Assembly (NCBI GenBank): GCA_035529375.1
Contig: DATKWU010000009.1
Coordinates: 289,111-353,110, forward strand
Reading direction: 5' to 3'
Source of the DNA: Patescibacteria group bacterium
GTDB taxonomy: Bacteria > Patescibacteriota > Microgenomatia > PFEM01 > JAHIFH01
Length of the DNA: 64,000 bases
A program made the translations under genes and the position numbers. The notes beneath the pieces were generated by a model that saw only the letters and a program-made list of their open reading frames with translations, ran no database searches and was not told where the DNA came from. Every line of letters begins with the position of its first letter. The first letter of the stretch is position 1. Below, in pieces: positions 7,522 to 17,198 of this stretch.

Positions 7522-10437
7522 TCAAAAGGAAACCTCAAAAACTAAATCCTGATTGAATTGAGGAGCAAAAATCACTAATCCTGAAGCTAAGCTTGCTTCT
7601 GGACGAGTCGAAACTACGATCGTCCCTGATGGCGGAACTAACCAAAGATTAAAAATTTTATCCTCAATACCCGGTTGCTTTTGGAGGTAAAGTAAATACT
7701 GATTGCCAGAATCTGCGGGTAACTTGTCAGCTAATTGATAGCTTATCTCGACTGTCTTCTTAGTTTGAATCGGCACTTCCACTAGAAAACCAAAAGACGA
7801 TTTTCCCTTTTCCTCAGTCTTATCAATTTTACCTTCATCGATTTCCTTTCCATCAATTACCACCCGCCTAAGCATTGTCTCCGGTGGCGTCAAAATCCGG
7901 AGATAATTCTTGTAATCCCCCGCTGGAAAAACTTCTGACTGACTCTGGTTATGGTAATCAATTCTTAAAACTTCTTCCACCTCTCCAGTCAAACTGAATT
8001 TAACCTGATGAGTTAGATTTCTCTTAACAAAATAGTTGGCTTTGTTGACACCATAATTAGATTCAACGATCATCAAATAATCAACCAAACACTTACCCTT
8101 CTCAGCCAAACAATTGACATTTCTTAATCCCCCATCCCAACTTAAATCAGCTAAAATTTTTGCCGCCTCCTGATTATTAAGGAAAATCAACAAATCCTTT
8201 GATTCGAGTGATTGATAGAAAGCCCGGCCGAGAGCCAACCATTTGTCACTCCCGGCTGTCCGAATTTCCTCAAAAAGAGCATTGGCTAAAGCTCCCAAAA
8301 AATCCCTTTTCTGAGTAGACCCGGGAAAGAAATTAACCTCAGAATAATATTCAGCTCTTTCAAAAAGGTTATCAGCATTAATTTCCTCCTGGTAATCAAT
8401 TAATTTAACTGGTCCAATTGTTTGTAAAATACGCTGGGCTAAAAATAAATCAATGCCAATAACTCCATCCACTTTCCTGCCAATTTCCTTTTCTAAAAAC
8501 CAGCTTGCCCGACTGGCAGAAACAGGAAAGTCCGGACTGAAATTAGAATCACGAAGATACCAACCGGCTTCACCAAGATAACGACGAATTGGTTCCGGCG
8601 GTTCAACATGGCCCTTAAGCTGACCGTCCGCAGAATAAACATCCAACACTTGAAAATCAATCAGCCTCCCCTCCTCTAAAGTCGCTAGAGCAAACGAACC
8701 GATAAAACCACCCGTTGGTCTCAATTCCATGTTATTTTGAAAGAGAATTAAATAAGTTTTCTTGGTATAAACGCCAGCTAAATCTGGCAATAACTTAACG
8801 CCTTCTTTGGCTTGTAAAAGCATTTCCCTAACAGACTTTAAGTTCTCCATTGGTTGATTATTAAATCTAGTAGCCAAGAATTGTTGGGCTCTGGGTTTTG
8901 ATTTTAATTGGCCCTCAAGATAAGATAATTCACGATAGGCCGAATCAATCCCAGCACTAATTTCAAAAGATAATTCTTGAATATCAACCTTTTGATTTTG
9001 AAAAATCGTCTGACCAACCTGACTCATCTCTTGAGCGATTTCACCTAGAATAACGACACTTCTGCCGGCCTGCTGACCGAGAGTCAAGTAACCTTCTATT
9101 TTATTTTGAAGTTTTCTTTGCCCTACAAAAGTAAGCAAAGGTCCAAGCGATTGTAAGTTTCCTTGAGTCCGATTGAAATCTCTTTTAGCGGCATTAGCCG
9201 AGGCAGTCGTCTTAGTGAAATTACCAGCCAAAGTATTTTGATAGGCCGCATAGAGATTTTTAATCCCCAAAAGGCTATTGAAAACCAAAAGGCCTGGCAA
9301 AGAAAAAACAATAAGTAAGAAGATTAAGGTTAAACCAATAATTAATTTTTTCTGTCGGCTAATTGAAAAATTTTTCTTTTTCTTAACTTTCCTTTCTTTT
9401 TTCTCAGTCTTTTTTTCTTTATCCTCTTTATCTTCTTCCGTCTCTCTTTTAACTTCCTTTTTAATTCTTTCCCGAAAATAGGCCAAGGTCTGTTCTAAAC
9501 CTCCACTTAAGTTAATTTTTGGTGTCCAATCTAACTTCCCTCCTTTACCCAAATCTGGCTCTAGTTCGAAAACAGGAAATTCTTCCTCAGCAACATATTC
9601 TATCTTCAAATTTTGACCAATAATATTTTGAAGTTGATGAGCCACTGATAAAACGGTTTCTTCCGTAGGATTTATGAGATTAAAGATTTTTCCTGAGGTG
9701 CCCGAGCTAAACATTGCTTTCGAAAGACCATAAACAACATCACTGATAAAAGTTGGTCTAATTCTTTGGGAACCATCCCCCGGGATAGCCAGAGATTCAT
9801 TTTTAACTGCCTGTTTAATCAGTTGGGTTAAAATTCCTCCTTGCTCTAAATTCATCCTCGGTCCGTAGACCCAATTGAGACGAACAATTCGTGCGTCTAT
9901 CTTCTCATTATCCATATATTCACTTACTAAGGCTTCGGCTGAACGCTTGGCTTCGGCAAAACTGGCCATTTTCGCTGCCGAACCTTGGCCAAAATAATCA
10001 ATTAATTTTTGGGTTGAGATCTTGGCTTCAAAAACTTTGGGACTTGATCCAAGTAAAAATTTAGCCCCAGTTTCTTCAGCCAACTTTAGAAGGTTGATTG
10101 TTCCGGAGACATTGGTCAAAAAGGTCTCCAGAGAAAAATCACTTTCACCAACATAAGGATCAAGGGCGGCTAAATGAAAGATATAATCAAGGCGACTAGT
10201 TTCTAAATTGAGTGGTTGATTGAGATTTTGTTTTACAAAAATGAAGTTTTTGTTATTAAGAAGATTAGCAATGTTTTTTTTAGAGCCAGTGATTAAATTG
10301 TCAAGACAGATAACTCGACAATTTTGTTGGACAAGCAACTCGCTAAGAAAAGAGCCGATAAAACCCGCACCGCCTGCCACTAAAATCAGTGGTCTGTCTT
10401 GAATGTTATCTGAATTGTGAAAAGATTTTTGGGTCAT
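7522..10437 (-). CDS. Fusion protein: N-terminal NAD-dependent sugar epimerase/dehydratase (SDR), TM segment, C-terminal DUF4012-like domain
   Basis: N-terminus ILVAGGAGFIGSFLSELL (Rossmann) ... YGPRM (YxxxK region). Lys-rich linker and TM (LIIGLTLIFLLIVFSLPGLLVF). C-terminal domain carries the RPTGGFIGS motif I recall as characteristic of DUF4012. Confidence 0.6.
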   Translation of the reverse strand: MTQKSFHNSDNIQDRPLILVAGGAGFIGSFLSELLVQQNCRVICLDNLITGSKKNIANLLNNKNFIFVKQNLNQPLNLETSRLDYIFHLAALDPYVGESDFSLETFLTNVSGTINLLKLAEETGAKFLLGSSPKVFEAKISTQKLIDYFGQGSAAKMASFAEAKRSAEALVSEYMDNEKIDARIVRLNWVYGPRMNLEQGGILTQLIKQAVKNESLAIPGDGSQRIRPTFISDVVYGLSKAMFSSGTSGKIFNLINPTEETVLSVAHQLQNIIGQNLKIEYVAEEEFPVFELEPDLGKGGKLDWTPKINLSGGLEQTLAYFRERIKKEVKRETEEDKEDKEKKTEKKERKVKKKKNFSISRQKKLIIGLTLIFLLIVFSLPGLLVFNSLLGIKNLYAAYQNTLAGNFTKTTASANAAKRDFNRTQGNLQSLGPLLTFVGQRKLQNKIEGYLTLGQQAGRSVVILGEIAQEMSQVGQTIFQNQKVDIQELSFEISAGIDSAYRELSYLEGQLKSKPRAQQFLATRFNNQPMENLKSVREMLLQAKEGVKLLPDLAGVYTKKTYLILFQNNMELRPTGGFIGSFALATLEEGRLIDFQVLDVYSADGQLKGHVEPPEPIRRYLGEAGWYLRDSNFSPDFPVSASRASWFLEKEIGRKVDGVIGIDLFLAQRILQTIGPVKLIDYQEEINADNLFERAEYYSEVNFFPGSTQKRDFLGALANALFEEIRTAGSDKWLALGRAFYQSLESKDLLIFLNNQEAAKILADLSWDGGLRNVNCLAEKGKCLVDYLMIVESNYGVNKANYFVKRNLTHQVKFSLTGEVEEVLRIDYHNQSQSEVFPAGDYKNYLRILTPPETMLRRVVIDGKEIDEGKIDKTEEKGKSSFGFLVEVPIQTKKTVEISYQLADKLPADSGNQYLLYLQKQPGIEDKIFNLWLVPPSGTIVVSTRPEASLASGLVIFAPQFNQDLVFEVSF

Positions 10438-10539
10438 TAATTTTCTTCACTATCATCATAACCCAAAAAAAAATTTCGTTCAACGAAAAAGCCCATAAGA
10501 AAAATTACTGTCCAGCACGTGAAAGAGTAGTTTAATATA

Positions 10540-10959
10540 TTAAAGTAGTCTTTTGTTAAGAGTTTGATTGACTAAAGTATCAGCCAATGAATTTTCTTTC
10601 CTTGGAATTAATTGATAAGAAACACCTTTCTCTAATTCTCTTTCCAATTGACGAACTTTAATAACTAAGTTTCTCATTTTAACTTCTTTAACTTTGAAAA
10701 GGCCATTAAGCTGATTGACCACTAATTTTGAGTCAAGAAAAAATTGGACGCCACTAACCGAAAATTTGGATTTGTCCACTAACCATTTTAAAGCTTCAAT
10801 TACTGCTTGATATTCTGCGACATTGTTAGTGGTTCTACCAATATATTTTCCTTGCTGATAGACAGTTTTCCCCATCTTGTCTTTAACAACAAAACCTATG
10901 GCCGCCGGGCCAGGATTGCCTCGGGATCCACCATCAGCGAAAACTAAAAAATCTTTTTT
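10540..10959 (-). CDS. rnhA: Ribonuclease HI
   Basis: FADGGSRGNPGPAAIGFVV and NNVAEYQAVIEAL motifs. Start placed at MKKDFLVF (the track ORF begins 13 codons earlier). Confidence 0.85.
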   Translation of the reverse strand, partial: KKDFLVFADGGSRGNPGPAAIGFVVKDKMGKTVYQQGKYIGRTTNNVAEYQAVIEALKWLVDKSKFSVSGVQFFLDSKLVVNQLNGLFKVKEVKMRNLVIKVRQLERELEKGVSYQLIPRKENSLADTLVNQTLNKRLL

Positions 10960-10963
10960 CATT

Positions 10964-12295
10964 TCAAAAAATCTTACCACGATTCTTAATAAATTCAACC
11001 ACTGTTTTTGGAAATTGAATAGGTGAAGGAATAATTCCTAATAAGCGGAAAATAAAAATTGTTGTAATTAACAAAACAAGTCCTTCAGTAAAAATGGTTA
11101 CGACCGCTGCCCCATAGTAAGAGAATTGAGGTATAATCAAAGCATTACTAACTACGTTAAAAATTAAAGCTCCAAAGGCAATGAAAAAATAACGACGCTG
11201 TTTTCCTAGGGCAACAATGGTATAGCCAGTTAGATGATTAAGATAGGCCAAGAAAAGAGCTATGGCTAATAATCTTAAAACAATGACAGAATCGCCAAAT
11301 TCCGAAAAACGTTTCTGGGTGATCAATTTAACAGCCAAAGGGGCAAAAAACCAGACACTAATCATTGCCGTCAAAGACATTAATAATAAAATGTCAAAAG
11401 ACTTCTGATAAATATTTTTTACTTTTTCTTTCCATTTATTCAAATCAGAATAGCGAGAGAGAACAGGAAGAAGAGCAATCATAAAATAAGCAGCTCCTAA
11501 AATTAAAACATCATAAATCCGATAGGCAGCCGCATAAATCCCTACTGCCCCACTGCCCTTAATTGAACCCAACATAACCGTATCAATTTTATTATCAATA
11601 GTAAAAATCAAAAGGATCGCCCCCATAGGGAAGGATTCAATTAACAATTGCTTGACAAATCCCCTATCGAATCGCCAATCAAATCTAATTGTCCTGGTAA
11701 CTAAGAAAAAACCAATCACTATTCCTATCAAATTAGCCAAAACAATCGCCCCAATAAGTGGGATTAATCCTTGGCCTTGCTGGACCAAGAGAAAGCTGAT
11801 TAACAAAATGAGAATACTGGTTACCAAATCAATTACGGTTTGTTTTTGGAGTTGTAATTTAGTTTGGAAAATAACTAACAAAGAGGCTTTGATTGTATTG
11901 AGAATTAAAATCAAAGAACCAAGCATAATTGCTTGGCGAACAATTAATGGTTGGTTTGTTTGAAGAGGAATAATAACCGCAGCGCCGACCATGATTAAAG
12001 CTGCCACTAAGGAAAAAAACATTCTTACTAAAAAGATATTAGCTAAAACTCGACCCTGATCTTTTCTTTCTTTGACTGCCTCACGGGCACCAATCGTAGC
12101 TGTTCCCCAATCGGCAAAAGCCCCAAAGATAATTGCTAAGGCAACCACATACATGTAGTTACCAAAACCTTCAGGTCCTAGATAACCAGTCAAAAGAATG
12201 GTTACCAATAAACCAAAAAAAACGGTAATCGCTTTAGTCCCAATCTGGACAGCTGTGTTAAAAGCTACTTTCTGAGAGAGATTCATTATTCCCAT
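10964..12295 (-). CDS. Polysaccharide/oligosaccharide flippase (MOP/Wzx-type polytopic membrane protein)
   Basis: ~12 predicted TM helices with MOP-flippase-like organisation. Start trimmed to MGIMNLSQ to avoid a 64-nt overlap with the upstream gene (uncertain). Confidence 0.65.
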   Translation of the reverse strand: MGIMNLSQKVAFNTAVQIGTKAITVFFGLLVTILLTGYLGPEGFGNYMYVVALAIIFGAFADWGTATIGAREAVKERKDQGRVLANIFLVRMFFSLVAALIMVGAAVIIPLQTNQPLIVRQAIMLGSLILILNTIKASLLVIFQTKLQLQKQTVIDLVTSILILLISFLLVQQGQGLIPLIGAIVLANLIGIVIGFFLVTRTIRFDWRFDRGFVKQLLIESFPMGAILLIFTIDNKIDTVMLGSIKGSGAVGIYAAAYRIYDVLILGAAYFMIALLPVLSRYSDLNKWKEKVKNIYQKSFDILLLMSLTAMISVWFFAPLAVKLITQKRFSEFGDSVIVLRLLAIALFLAYLNHLTGYTIVALGKQRRYFFIAFGALIFNVVSNALIIPQFSYYGAAVVTIFTEGLVLLITTIFIFRLLGIIPSPIQFPKTVVEFIKNRGKIF

Positions 12296-13521
12296 GATAA
12301 ACCAAAAACTATTGCCAATAAAAGCTGAGATTGTTGAAGAGTAAACCAATAATGATCAAAAAGACCTAATGACAAAACAACACTGAGAGCCAAAATTAAT
12401 TGCCAGGAGCTAGTTGTCAATAACCTTCTAAAAGTTAAACCGAGAAGCCAGAAGAAAATCAAAAGCCCAACGAAACCAGTTTCAGCTAAGATAAGTAAAT
12501 AAATATTATGGACTGGCTGCAACCAGTAAGTTGTTCCAAATTGCTGCCAATAAAAAGGCAATTGGGGAATAAAATTATTAAAACCAATACCTGAAAGGGG
12601 ATTAGCTCGTATCATTTTAATTGCCACTTGGGCTAGAGAAAAGCGCTGCCAAACAGTCTCCCTACCAGAGAGTGGTAAAGCGATCTGGTAGTAAAAACCA
12701 CTGATTAAGAGCAGACTAATAATGGTGATTATCACTAAAACTGACTTTCTCCTTTTTTGCCACTGATTCTTAATCACTAATCCTAGGCCAACTAAAATAC
12801 TTATTAGCCAAACAGAGCGAGAAAAAGAAAAAATAATGGCGACCCCACCTAAAATTAAGGCAAACCAGGTAATCACTTTTCTAAATCCTTGCCTTCTTAT
12901 ACCTAAGCCAATTAAAATCATTGAAACCAAAATAAAACCTGCCAAAACATTAGGATGGGGAAAAGTAGCGTAGGGTCGAAGAATTAAACGGCCACCAATA
13001 ATGGTTTTGGCAATTCCGGGCGTAATCAAACTAAAGTTCCTTTCTCCCAACCACCAAAAAAGACCACCAACCGTCCCCTGTTTAATAAATTGGGTTAAAG
13101 TAATTAAAGCACTATAAATTATTGCTCCGCTTAAAGGAAGAATAATCTCGTTTATTTTATATTGTTCTTTGAATACATAGAATCCAAGAAAGACAAACTC
13201 AATTACTTTAGCCAATTTGAAAATAGCCGCTTCTTTATTAGGAGCCAAAAGGGCATTGACCAAAAGAAAAAGAAAAATTGCTAAAAACCACCAATTATTT
13301 TTCAACCAATCGACAGCTTTTTTTAATCTTAACGGAGATCTCGTCTCAATCAACCAGAAAAGAAGAATAACAAAAACTAGCAAGTCAGTTAAATAAATAG
13401 TTGGGGATAGATAATCAATCGGTAGACCTAAAACTTGGGTCCATTCCGGCCAGAAATGGCGACCGAGCTGAATGGGCAATAAAAAAACTAAAAGCCCAAA
13501 CAAATAGCGATGTAATTTCAT
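12286..13521 (-). CDS. O-antigen ligase / Wzy_C-family polytopic membrane protein
   Basis: Multi-TM protein with a central loop IIFSFSRSVWL typical of the O-antigen ligase family. Adjacent to the flippase. Confidence 0.55.
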   Translation of the reverse strand: MKLHRYLFGLLVFLLPIQLGRHFWPEWTQVLGLPIDYLSPTIYLTDLLVFVILLFWLIETRSPLRLKKAVDWLKNNWWFLAIFLFLLVNALLAPNKEAAIFKLAKVIEFVFLGFYVFKEQYKINEIILPLSGAIIYSALITLTQFIKQGTVGGLFWWLGERNFSLITPGIAKTIIGGRLILRPYATFPHPNVLAGFILVSMILIGLGIRRQGFRKVITWFALILGGVAIIFSFSRSVWLISILVGLGLVIKNQWQKRRKSVLVIITIISLLLISGFYYQIALPLSGRETVWQRFSLAQVAIKMIRANPLSGIGFNNFIPQLPFYWQQFGTTYWLQPVHNIYLLILAETGFVGLLIFFWLLGLTFRRLLTTSSWQLILALSVVLSLGLFDHYWFTLQQSQLLLAIVFGLSWE

Positions 13522-13985
13522 AGCTTAGGCCGAACCACCACATACCGATTCCGGCCTTCTCCTTCAGAAACCGTTTCGATATCAGCCTCATCCGCTAGAA
13601 CTAGATGGATTATTCTCCTTTCAGAAGCAGGCATTGGTGGTAAAGATTGAGCCTCTTTAGAAAAACGCGCTTTTTGAGCCGCAATCTTAGCCATCTTCTC
13701 TAAAGTCTCTTGTCTTCTCTGACGGTAATCACCAACATTAACTGTTATCTTCACCCACTCTTCTCTTTTTCGATAAATAATCATGGCCACTATCCTTTGA
13801 ATTGCCCTTAAGGTTTCACCATGATAACCAATAAGAATACCAGGATCATTGGTCTCTAGTTGAATCTGGTAGAGTTCTTTATCTGAACTAACATCTACTT
13901 CTGCTTCAACCCCAAGAAGGTTAAGGAGATTTTTAACAATTTCTTTGATTTCTGTTATTTTTTGATCTTTAGTTTTTTGAGCCAT
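13518..13985 (-). CDS. jag: Jag/KhpB-like RNA-binding protein (KH + R3H domains)
   Basis: KH-like ILIGYHGETLRAIQ and R3H PPMPASERRIIHLVL. Conserved position next to yidC. Confidence 0.8.
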   Translation of the reverse strand: MAQKTKDQKITEIKEIVKNLLNLLGVEAEVDVSSDKELYQIQLETNDPGILIGYHGETLRAIQRIVAMIIYRKREEWVKITVNVGDYRQRRQETLEKMAKIAAQKARFSKEAQSLPPMPASERRIIHLVLADEADIETVSEGEGRNRYVVVRPKL

Positions 13986-14767
13986 GGTTCAACGCCGCCC
14001 CAACCGCCAATGAAATATTGTTGGATAATCATTATCAGCGAAAAGGCAGACCAATAGAGAACCAAACCAGAAGGAAAAGAATAACCAATAAGAATCGTCA
14101 ATAAAGGAAAAAGATAGGTCATTTGAGTTTGCATTGAAGTCGCCATATCATCAGCTTTACCTGGCGTTTTGGCTGCTTCTTTTTGGGCAGTGGCTAAAGC
14201 CGGCATCATCATTTTCGAAGAAATTAACTGCGACAAAGCAGCCGCTAATAAAAAGAAACCTGGCAGGGGAAAAGGCAAACCAGCGATTGGGAAAACATCT
14301 GGTTTCGCCAAATCTAAGTACAAAAATTTCGTATTGATGACTGTTTCTACTGGCAACCGTAATTGGGAATAAAGGATTTCGTTAAGTTTTTGAATAACAT
14401 CTCCATCAATCCTTAAAACCTGGATAAAAGCTTGATAAAGAGCAATTAAAACAATCAATTGAATAATTTGGGGAAAACAGCCAGCAGCCGGATTGGCTCC
14501 GTGTTTTTTATAAAGATCCATTTGGGCTTTGGTATAAGCTTGTTTATCCTTACCATATTTCTTTTTAAGCTTTTCCAGCTCAGGCGCGAGTTCTTTCATT
14601 TTATTAGTCGCTTTCATTGAAGATTGAGTTAAAGGTAAAAGAAGGAGGCGAATCCCAACGGTCAAAACAATAATTGCCAGACCAAAATTATGGAAAAGTA
14701 ACTGGTAAAGAAAAATCAAAGCGTTAACCAGGGGTTGATATAAAAGCAAGTGCCAGAGTTCTCTCAT
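13955..14767 (-). CDS. yidC: Membrane protein insertase YidC/Oxa1 (short form)
   Basis: PLLTILIGYSFPSGLVLYWSAFSLIMIIQQY is the conserved YidC C-terminal region; multi-TM. Confidence 0.9.
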   Translation of the reverse strand: MRELWHLLLYQPLVNALIFLYQLLFHNFGLAIIVLTVGIRLLLLPLTQSSMKATNKMKELAPELEKLKKKYGKDKQAYTKAQMDLYKKHGANPAAGCFPQIIQLIVLIALYQAFIQVLRIDGDVIQKLNEILYSQLRLPVETVINTKFLYLDLAKPDVFPIAGLPFPLPGFFLLAAALSQLISSKMMMPALATAQKEAAKTPGKADDMATSMQTQMTYLFPLLTILIGYSFPSGLVLYWSAFSLIMIIQQYFIGGWGGVEPWLKKLKIKK

Positions 14768-14787
14768 TTTAAATTTAACAAAATAAT

Positions 14788-15024
14788 TTATCTAACTGGA
14801 TCATCGCCTCCTTTGTTCCAGGGATGACACCTTATAATTCTTCTTAAGCCTAAAAGGCTGCCTCGGATTATACCATAGCGTTCGACTGCTTGATAGGTGT
14901 ATTCAGCACAAGTTGGCTGAAAACGACAGGCAGCATCCGACAAGAAAAAAAACTTAAGAAGCGATGAGCGAAAAAACCAGGATTTTTTGTAGGCTTTAAT
15001 TAGAGCCAAAAAGACTTTCTTCAC
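14788..15024 (-). CDS. yidD: Membrane protein insertion efficiency factor YidD
   Basis: [34 protein letters not shown] is the YidD signature. Sits between rnpA and yidC. Confidence 0.85.
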   Translation of the reverse strand: MKKVFLALIKAYKKSWFFRSSLLKFFFLSDAACRFQPTCAEYTYQAVERYGIIRGSLLGLRRIIRCHPWNKGGDDPVR

Positions 15025-15363
15025 TTATTCAATCACCCCCACCTTGAGAAAAAGTTTCTTAATTTCCGCTCTAATCTCTTGATCATCAACATTAATAATC
15101 TTTTTTTTAGCTAAAAAAACAACATCAAAACTAGGTTTAATTTTTAAAGTCATAATCGTTTCACTTAATAATCTCTTCACTCGATTTCTCTTAACGGCTT
15201 TTTTATGAATTTTAGAGGAAATGATGAAACCAAAACGTGTTGGTTGGCTTTTACTAGATTTACTTACCTGGAGACTAAATAATTTTCCTTGAATAAGTCT
15301 GCCTTCTTTTTTAACTCGCTTTAATTCCGTTCTTAGGGGAAGACGGTATTTTTTAGGTAACAT
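15025..15363 (-). CDS. rnpA: Ribonuclease P protein component
   Basis: MLPKKYRLPLRTELKRVKKEGR... is basic RnpA-like. Conserved rpmH-rnpA order. Confidence 0.85.
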   Translation of the reverse strand: MLPKKYRLPLRTELKRVKKEGRLIQGKLFSLQVSKSSKSQPTRFGFIISSKIHKKAVKRNRVKRLLSETIMTLKIKPSFDVVFLAKKKIINVDDQEIRAEIKKLFLKVGVIE

Positions 15364-15501
15364 TTAAACATTAAGTTTCTTTCGTCCTTTAAGGCGGCGT
15401 CTTTTAATAACCTTCCTACTATTTCCTGTCTTCATTCTTGCTCGAAAACCGTGACTTTTCTTTCTTTTTTTACTTTTGGGTTGATAGGTTCGTTTTGGCA
15501 T
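15364..15501 (-). CDS. rpmH: 50S ribosomal protein L34 (45 aa; below the ORF-track cutoff)
   Basis: My translation of the minus strand gives [45 protein letters not shown]. This matches the L34 consensus (KRTxQP...HGFRxRM...GRxVLxxRRxKGR). It lies immediately upstream of rnpA. Confidence 0.85.
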   Translation of the reverse strand: MPKRTYQPKSKKRKKSHGFRARMKTGNSRKVIKRRRLKGRKKLNV

Positions 15502-15550
15502 AGTCTTAGGATACTAGGAAATAAATAAAGAAACAAGAGTATTTTCCTTC

Positions 15551-15579
15551 TTGACATTCTGTGGATAAGTTGTTTAAAC
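15551..15579 (+). promoter_or_regulatory. Putative dnaA promoter with an embedded perfect DnaA box (TGTGGATAA, i.e. TTATCCACA on the minus strand, at 15560-15568)
   Basis: TTGACA-17 nt-TTAAAC, with the consensus DnaA 9-mer between the hexamers, 40 nt upstream of the dnaA start codon. This is the classic autoregulatory arrangement. Confidence 0.45.
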
Positions 15580-15618
15580 TGGAAATCACCCCTGCTCCAC
15601 GGTAATTAATCTTTAAAC

Positions 15619-16998
15619 ATGGAAAAAGATAAACTCTGGCAAACCGTTTTAGAAAATTTAAAACTCACTCTCTCTTCAGCTAATTTCGCCACTTGGTTTC
15701 CCCAAACATTCATCAATAAGGTAAAAGAAGTTAATAAAGAACATCAGATTATCGAAATTGCTTCACCTTCTTCCTTTATTAGAGACACCATTGAAAATCG
15801 CTATTATGGTTTAATCAAAGAAGCTTTGGATAAAACAACAAAGAAAAAAAATGATTTGACCTTTATTATTAAACAGTCCAAGAAAACTAAAGGTGAAACT
15901 GTAAGGGCAACTAAAGAAGGGCCTCTCTTTGAAAAAACAAAACCAGAAAAATCGGTCACCCAGGAAGCGATCATTCGGGCCGGTCTCCGGCCAGATTTTA
16001 ATTTTGAAACTTTTGCTGTTAATACCACTAACCAAATGGCTCATGCAGCTGCCAGAGCAGTCGCTGACTCACCTGGTAAGGCCTACAACCCACTTTTCCT
16101 TTATGGTGGGGTTGGCGTTGGGAAGACTCATCTGATGCAAGCTATTGGAACGGCTGTCCTTGAACGCCGCCCAAGGACAAATATTATCTACTGTATGGGT
16201 GAGGAATTCACCACTGAAATTGTAGACGCTATTCGGAAGAAAACGACCAAACAATTTAAAGATAAATATCGATCGGCCAAGATCCTTTTAATTGATGATA
16301 TTCAATTTATTGCTGGAAAAACAACTGTTCAGGAAGAGTTCTTTCATACTTTCAACGCTATTTGGCGGGCCGGAGGCCAAATTGTGATGATTTCTGATCG
16401 ACGACCTGATGAAATTAGCAATCTTGAAAACCGTCTTCGCTCCCGTTTTGAAGGCGGCTTAATTATTGATATCCAAGATCCTGATTTTGAATTAAGAACA
16501 GCTATTGTCCTTATCAAAGCCCAACAGCGAAGAGTTAAATTGCCGATGGACGTTGCTCAGTTAATTGCCGGCAATATCACTTCTACTCGTCGTTTGGAAG
16601 GTTTTCTTATTCGTTTAATTACCGAAACAAAAACAAAAAACGAACCGATTACTCCCGAATTGGCTTCAGCTATCTTAGGCACAACTAACACTGAATCAAT
16701 ACCTAAAAGAATTGTTAAACCAAAAGAGGTTCTGAGCGCCGTCGCCGGTTTTTACAATTTTAAAAATCGCGACCTCCTAGGACCAAGAAGGCCAAAAAAA
16801 TTAGCCTTATGTCGTCAAGTCTTAATGTATCTTCTACGGACGGAATTAAAAATGCCTTTGATGGATATTGGTCAATTTCTTAATAATCGCGACCACACTA
16901 CGGTGATGTATGGGGTTGAAAAAATTACTAAACTTTTACCTGAATCTGAAGATTTACGAGTGGATATTGTGGGGATAAAACAAAAACTTTATGGATAA
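15619..16998 (+). CDS. dnaA: Chromosomal replication initiator DnaA
   Basis: AAA+ Walker A GGVGVGKTHLMQAIG, sensor motifs, and the C-terminal DnaA-box-binding domain (LGPRRPKKLALCRQVLMYLLR). Confidence 0.95.
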   Translation: MEKDKLWQTVLENLKLTLSSANFATWFPQTFINKVKEVNKEHQIIEIASPSSFIRDTIENRYYGLIKEALDKTTKKKNDLTFIIKQSKKTKGETVRATKEGPLFEKTKPEKSVTQEAIIRAGLRPDFNFETFAVNTTNQMAHAAARAVADSPGKAYNPLFLYGGVGVGKTHLMQAIGTAVLERRPRTNIIYCMGEEFTTEIVDAIRKKTTKQFKDKYRSAKILLIDDIQFIAGKTTVQEEFFHTFNAIWRAGGQIVMISDRRPDEISNLENRLRSRFEGGLIIDIQDPDFELRTAIVLIKAQQRRVKLPMDVAQLIAGNITSTRRLEGFLIRLITETKTKNEPITPELASAILGTTNTESIPKRIVKPKEVLSAVAGFYNFKNRDLLGPRRPKKLALCRQVLMYLLRTELKMPLMDIGQFLNNRDHTTVMYGVEKITKLLPESEDLRVDIVGIKQKLYG

Positions 16999-17198
16999 AA
17001 ATTTCTAGTTATTAACTTATCCACCAAAGAGTGAAAAATATTAACCAAGATTTGAACAAAAAGAAAAACCGAAAAGTAGGTTAATTGGCAAACAAATATT
17101 CACTTGTCAACAAACCAACAACAACAACAATTATTAATAATAAGATTAGGTCCTTGAGATCTTAAAAAATTAAAAGTAAAATTGGGGAGAAGCTTTAA
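16999..17198. promoter_or_regulatory. Candidate oriC / DNA-unwinding region between dnaA and dnaN
   Basis: 200-bp AT-rich intergenic region with a near-consensus DnaA box TTATCCACC (17017-17025), a weaker one at about 16991-16999, and an (AAC)n/AT-rich tract. Gene orientation switches here: minus-strand genes to the left, plus-strand dnaA/dnaN to the right. Confidence 0.4.

Noticed and set aside
14134-14372. Two overlapping plus-strand ORFs inside yidC
   Set aside because: Antisense to a well-supported conserved gene, with no independent support.
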